From Moniliella sp. 'wahieum' (taxonomy: Eukaryota), in contig RSEE01000129.1 of NCBI GenBank assembly GCA_003971905.1, positions 124,001-164,555 of the forward strand: a DNA stretch of 40,555 nucleotides, given 5' to 3'. Positions 37,433 through 40,555 of the stretch are shown here, in pieces. The notes under the pieces are model-generated. The model was not told the DNA's origin, made no database searches, and worked only from the letters and a program-made list of their open reading frames with translations. Numbering within the stretch: position 1 is the first letter of the stretch; each line of letters opens with the position of its first letter. Both the position numbers and the translations under genes were made by a program.

Positions 37433-39082
37433 TTATGAACGCTGCCTACTGCGTTGCGAACTGGCACTGACTTCTATTTGTCCCCCCTCCCTCCTCTCGG
37501 TCTGGTTTCTGCAGAGCACAACAAGTAGCAAATGCATTGACGTTATTGCCGCCTCCTTGCGCGCCATGTGTGCTTCCGCCTTCGCCTTCAGCCCGACCAT
37601 AGCGACTGGCCTTGATGTAGAGCCAAGCAACGGTAGTGAACGCCGACAGGGAGAACCACGTAAAGGCATAGTGGCATGTTGGTTGCGGATCTCAATCACC
37701 TTGTTCTTACCTAGCGGATACCCCTCGGCCACGCGATGCAGCGCATCCACCATCGGCCCATCGTACACTTCCTCGAGGTAGATGGGCAGGATGCCCACGC
37801 CTTGCGTCACAGCCGGGTCGTGCGACGTTTCCCTCAGCCGCGCCGCCATGGCGCGCGGGTCAATCGAAAACCATTGGTTGCGCTGCGGTTCGTTGGCAGG
37901 CGTAAAGGTACTGGTGGGGTAGATCCGAGGCAGGAGGTGACAATTGACACGTACTTTTTCGGACTGGTGGGCAGCTTCGTCAGAATTGGAACCATTTGCC
38001 ACGGAGCCATTGGGCCCAGGTCTGTTTGCGGTCGATCTGGGCGGCGGAAGACGGCGTAAGTTGTTCCGGCGTGGCGTACAATCGACTGGGATCCAGGGCG
38101 CGTAAGACCTCAGTGGTGGCCTTGTTCTCTTCGGACACGACGTTCTTGACAAAGTGGTCCTCGGACACCCAGCCGCGATTGACGAGAACAGGCGGCATCT
38201 CGTTCCCTTGCTCGTCGACCCGGATAAAGGGGAGAACGACATTGTATCCCTTGATCGAGTCGCGCGACCGAGGCCCGACAAAGATCATTGGTCCGTCGTG
38301 TCAAACCGTCCGTGCACAGCCACCAGACGGAAACTAAAGTCATCCAACGCATTGAGATTGACGTTGCGCGGCAACTCGAGCGGATCATCCAACAACTTAT
38401 CCTCCAATTCTTCAATCAAGTTCAACTTCCACTTGAGACGCCGCACTTGCCACACAGACCAAACGTCACAAGCGGCACACCAGCGCCACAAGAATCGTCA
38501 CGGGCGATTGGTACCAACGCAACCGTGCTGGCCGATGACTGCCACTGTCATCCAACGAACCCCCTCGGTGCGCTGGGTCTTGACCCGCTCCATCAGCGCA
38601 TCGTACGCCTCGGCAGCCTTGCTTCCGGGCGGGTACTTGAACGTAATGTCGGTCACGTCGTGATTGGGTTCAATCGGCCGCTTTTGCGCTTGCGCACTTT
38701 CTTGGGGCCGCTCGGCCCGGCAGCAGCGGCAGCGGGCGCCGCACCGGCCCCATCGCCTCTTGGGGACGGGACCGAAGAAGGGGAATCAGTCGGGGCGTCG
38801 ACTCGTCGGCAGCAGGGGTGCGAGGCAAGCGCGACTCGGCATCTTCGTTCGGTTGCTCAGGCCGCGGCGCAACAGCTAGCGAGGTCGAGTGGAGTGAGCG
38901 CGCGCGCTCTGGTCGCACCGCCCAGGGAAGACCAAGACAGCGTGCGCGAGCCAGTGCGGGCGCTGCTGCACAACACGCCCAGGATCGACGCGCAGCCAGA
39001 CCGAGGGCGAGACAGCGCAGACGGCTGAGCGGCCGAGGCTGAGGCTCCCGGCGCCGCCCAGACGTACGAGCGCGACGGGCAT
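37433..39082 (-). CDS. SHY1: SURF1/Shy1 cytochrome c oxidase assembly factor; frameshifted, stop approximate
   Basis: WQVRRLKWKLNLIEEL, FRLVAVHGRFD, FVGPR, VLVNRGWVS and, after frame correction, IEIRNQHA-YAFTWFSLS. The Arg/Ala-rich N-terminus fits a mitochondrial presequence. Confidence 0.9.
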
Positions 39083-39462
39083 GGTCGATGAGATCCGAGA
39101 GCTGGCTAGGGTGCTGAGGCTCAGCGCTCAGTCGGTGAGAGGGAGTTACGTAGTGAGCACTCCGTAAGTGAGCCTCACTTGCCTTCCCGAGGAAGGCGTC
39201 GCCCCGAATGCCGACTGAAGCCGCAGACTGGGATTGAATATTGAGATTGACCACACACCCAAAGGCTACTACTTTGCCTTTTGGCGCTCCCAGCGCCCAC
39301 GCCCACCACACCGCCCCAGTTCCGCAGGGGACTGAACCATCGACAAGCACTGCGTGCTAAGCCTCGTTCCCTTGGCTTTGGTCGGTCGGGGGGGCTACGT
39401 CCAGGTTCACGCGCTCACTGGGATGACTTCGAACTAAGATTAAGTTCGTTGGGTTGGAAGCC

Positions 39463-39469
39463 AAAAAAA
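39463..39469 (-). terminator. Pol III oligo-T terminator of the tRNA-Glu gene
   Basis: Seven T on the minus strand, 2 nt after the discriminator base. Confidence 0.85.
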
Positions 39470-39471
39470 GA

Positions 39472-39560
39472 TTCCCCGACCGGGAGTCGAACCCGGGTCT
39501 TGACGGTTCCCTGCTAGCAGCAGTGAGAGCGTCACATCATAGCCGTTGGACCATCGAGGA
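39472..39560 (-). tRNA. tRNA-Glu(CTC) with a 17-nt intron (39507-39523)
   Basis: Acceptor stem TCCTCGA/TCGGGGA, anticodon stem TGACG/CGTCA with loop CT-CTC-A, intron at the canonical 37/38 position and T arm CCGGG-TTCGACT-CCCGG. Confidence 0.95.
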
Positions 39561-40555
39561 CAAGATACACGTTGTGCAATCCACATGACACAAACCCCCC
39601 CACTCACATTACGCCAAACCGCCAAACCGCCACTTTCTCTCCACCCTCCACCACGTCCAGGCCCAACCTTCCGTCCTCCCGTGTCACCATTGGGACTAGG
39701 GGGCCGACCCAATCGCTCGAGTCACGGAAGCGAGAGGCAAATCCAGTGGCAGCGGCGGGACGTACAGGAAACAATGAACCCCTTCCCCTGGCACGTGAGA
39801 AGCGAAGGGATCAGTAAAGACTTGGATTCCAGCAGAGGGACGCGACGCGACGCGCTTGGTCATTCAACTTACGGGTAGATAGAATAACTATCGCAATGCG
39901 GAACGGAAGCTTGCGTAGGCAGTACTCAGTACTCGGTTCAAGAAGAGATTCTGGATTGCGTATGCCGTACGCCGTAGAGCCAGGCCTCGGCCTGAGGCCT
40001 CAGACTGAGGTTTGATCGGGTCGGGGGTATATCGTAAGGACAATTGGGACGATAGGGACGATAGGGACAATATGTACGAGCAAGCCAGCCTCCCCTGACT
40101 ACCCGTCGCGTTGGTGCAGCACAGAGGAACGTAGCATGTCCGACGAGACCAAGATACCAGGGTCAGCAAGGGGTCTACTACTACGCCAGCGCAGCGGCAC
40201 TGGCCTTGACAATCCTGGGCAGACGATGCGCCGCCCACGCGGGACTGCAGTACTCAGTGGCACACAACCTTGTCCGGTCCTTGTGTTATACACCTCGACT
40301 ACATTGATCTCGTTGCAAGCACCAAGCGTCAAGCGCTAAGCGCCTAGCTTTGGAGCTATGGGTACGTACTGCACTTTCTACACTTGGTCCTACATAAGCG
40401 CATGAGCGCTGAGCTGAAGGTGGGGGAGAATGGGCACCGAGAGCCAAGTTGGGGGGGTAGGGAGGGGGCGCCGCTCCTAAAGGAGTGTAAGGCGTGCTGC
40501 GAGACAGAGAGGGGGGGAAGGAGGGAAGGAGGGAAGGAGGAAGGAGGAAGTAGGA

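Noticed and set aside
39600..40555. Short ORFs and GGAAGGAG/GGGACGATA repeats at the window end
   Set aside because: No recognisable protein; looks like intergenic or leader low-complexity sequence.

Overview
Gene-dense, GC-rich eukaryotic DNA from a fungus, most likely a basidiomycete of the intron-poor Ustilaginomycotina type. This is inferred from short GT..CTRAC..AG introns, a WC-1 without a zinc finger, and homocitrate synthase of the alpha-aminoadipate lysine pathway. It holds about 14 protein genes: WC-1 LOV photoreceptor, RPC1, GSK3, a SmgGDS-like ARM protein, homocitrate synthase, RPS4, a bacterial-type metallo-beta-lactamase-fold hydrolase, NAD kinase, Ski8-like WD40, CaMK, SmB, Atg10, TMEM115 and SHY1/SURF1. 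There is also an intron-containing tRNA-Glu(CTC) and a decayed Hsp70 fragment. Nearly every gene, including essential ones, is broken by single-base indels, which points to an unpolished long-read assembly, so CDS ends are approximate. Best leads: (1) a candidate box C/D snoRNA in the RPS4 intron; (2) an intronless bacterial-like MBL-fold gene next to an Hsp70 pseudogene, possibly a horizontally acquired insertion; (3) a cryptic, hairpin-rich, apparently spliced locus at about 17.6-18.1 kb; (4) recurrent promoter motifs (ATGATCGATGATCGATG, TAGGGTTGC). All homology calls come from recognised motifs; no searches were run.
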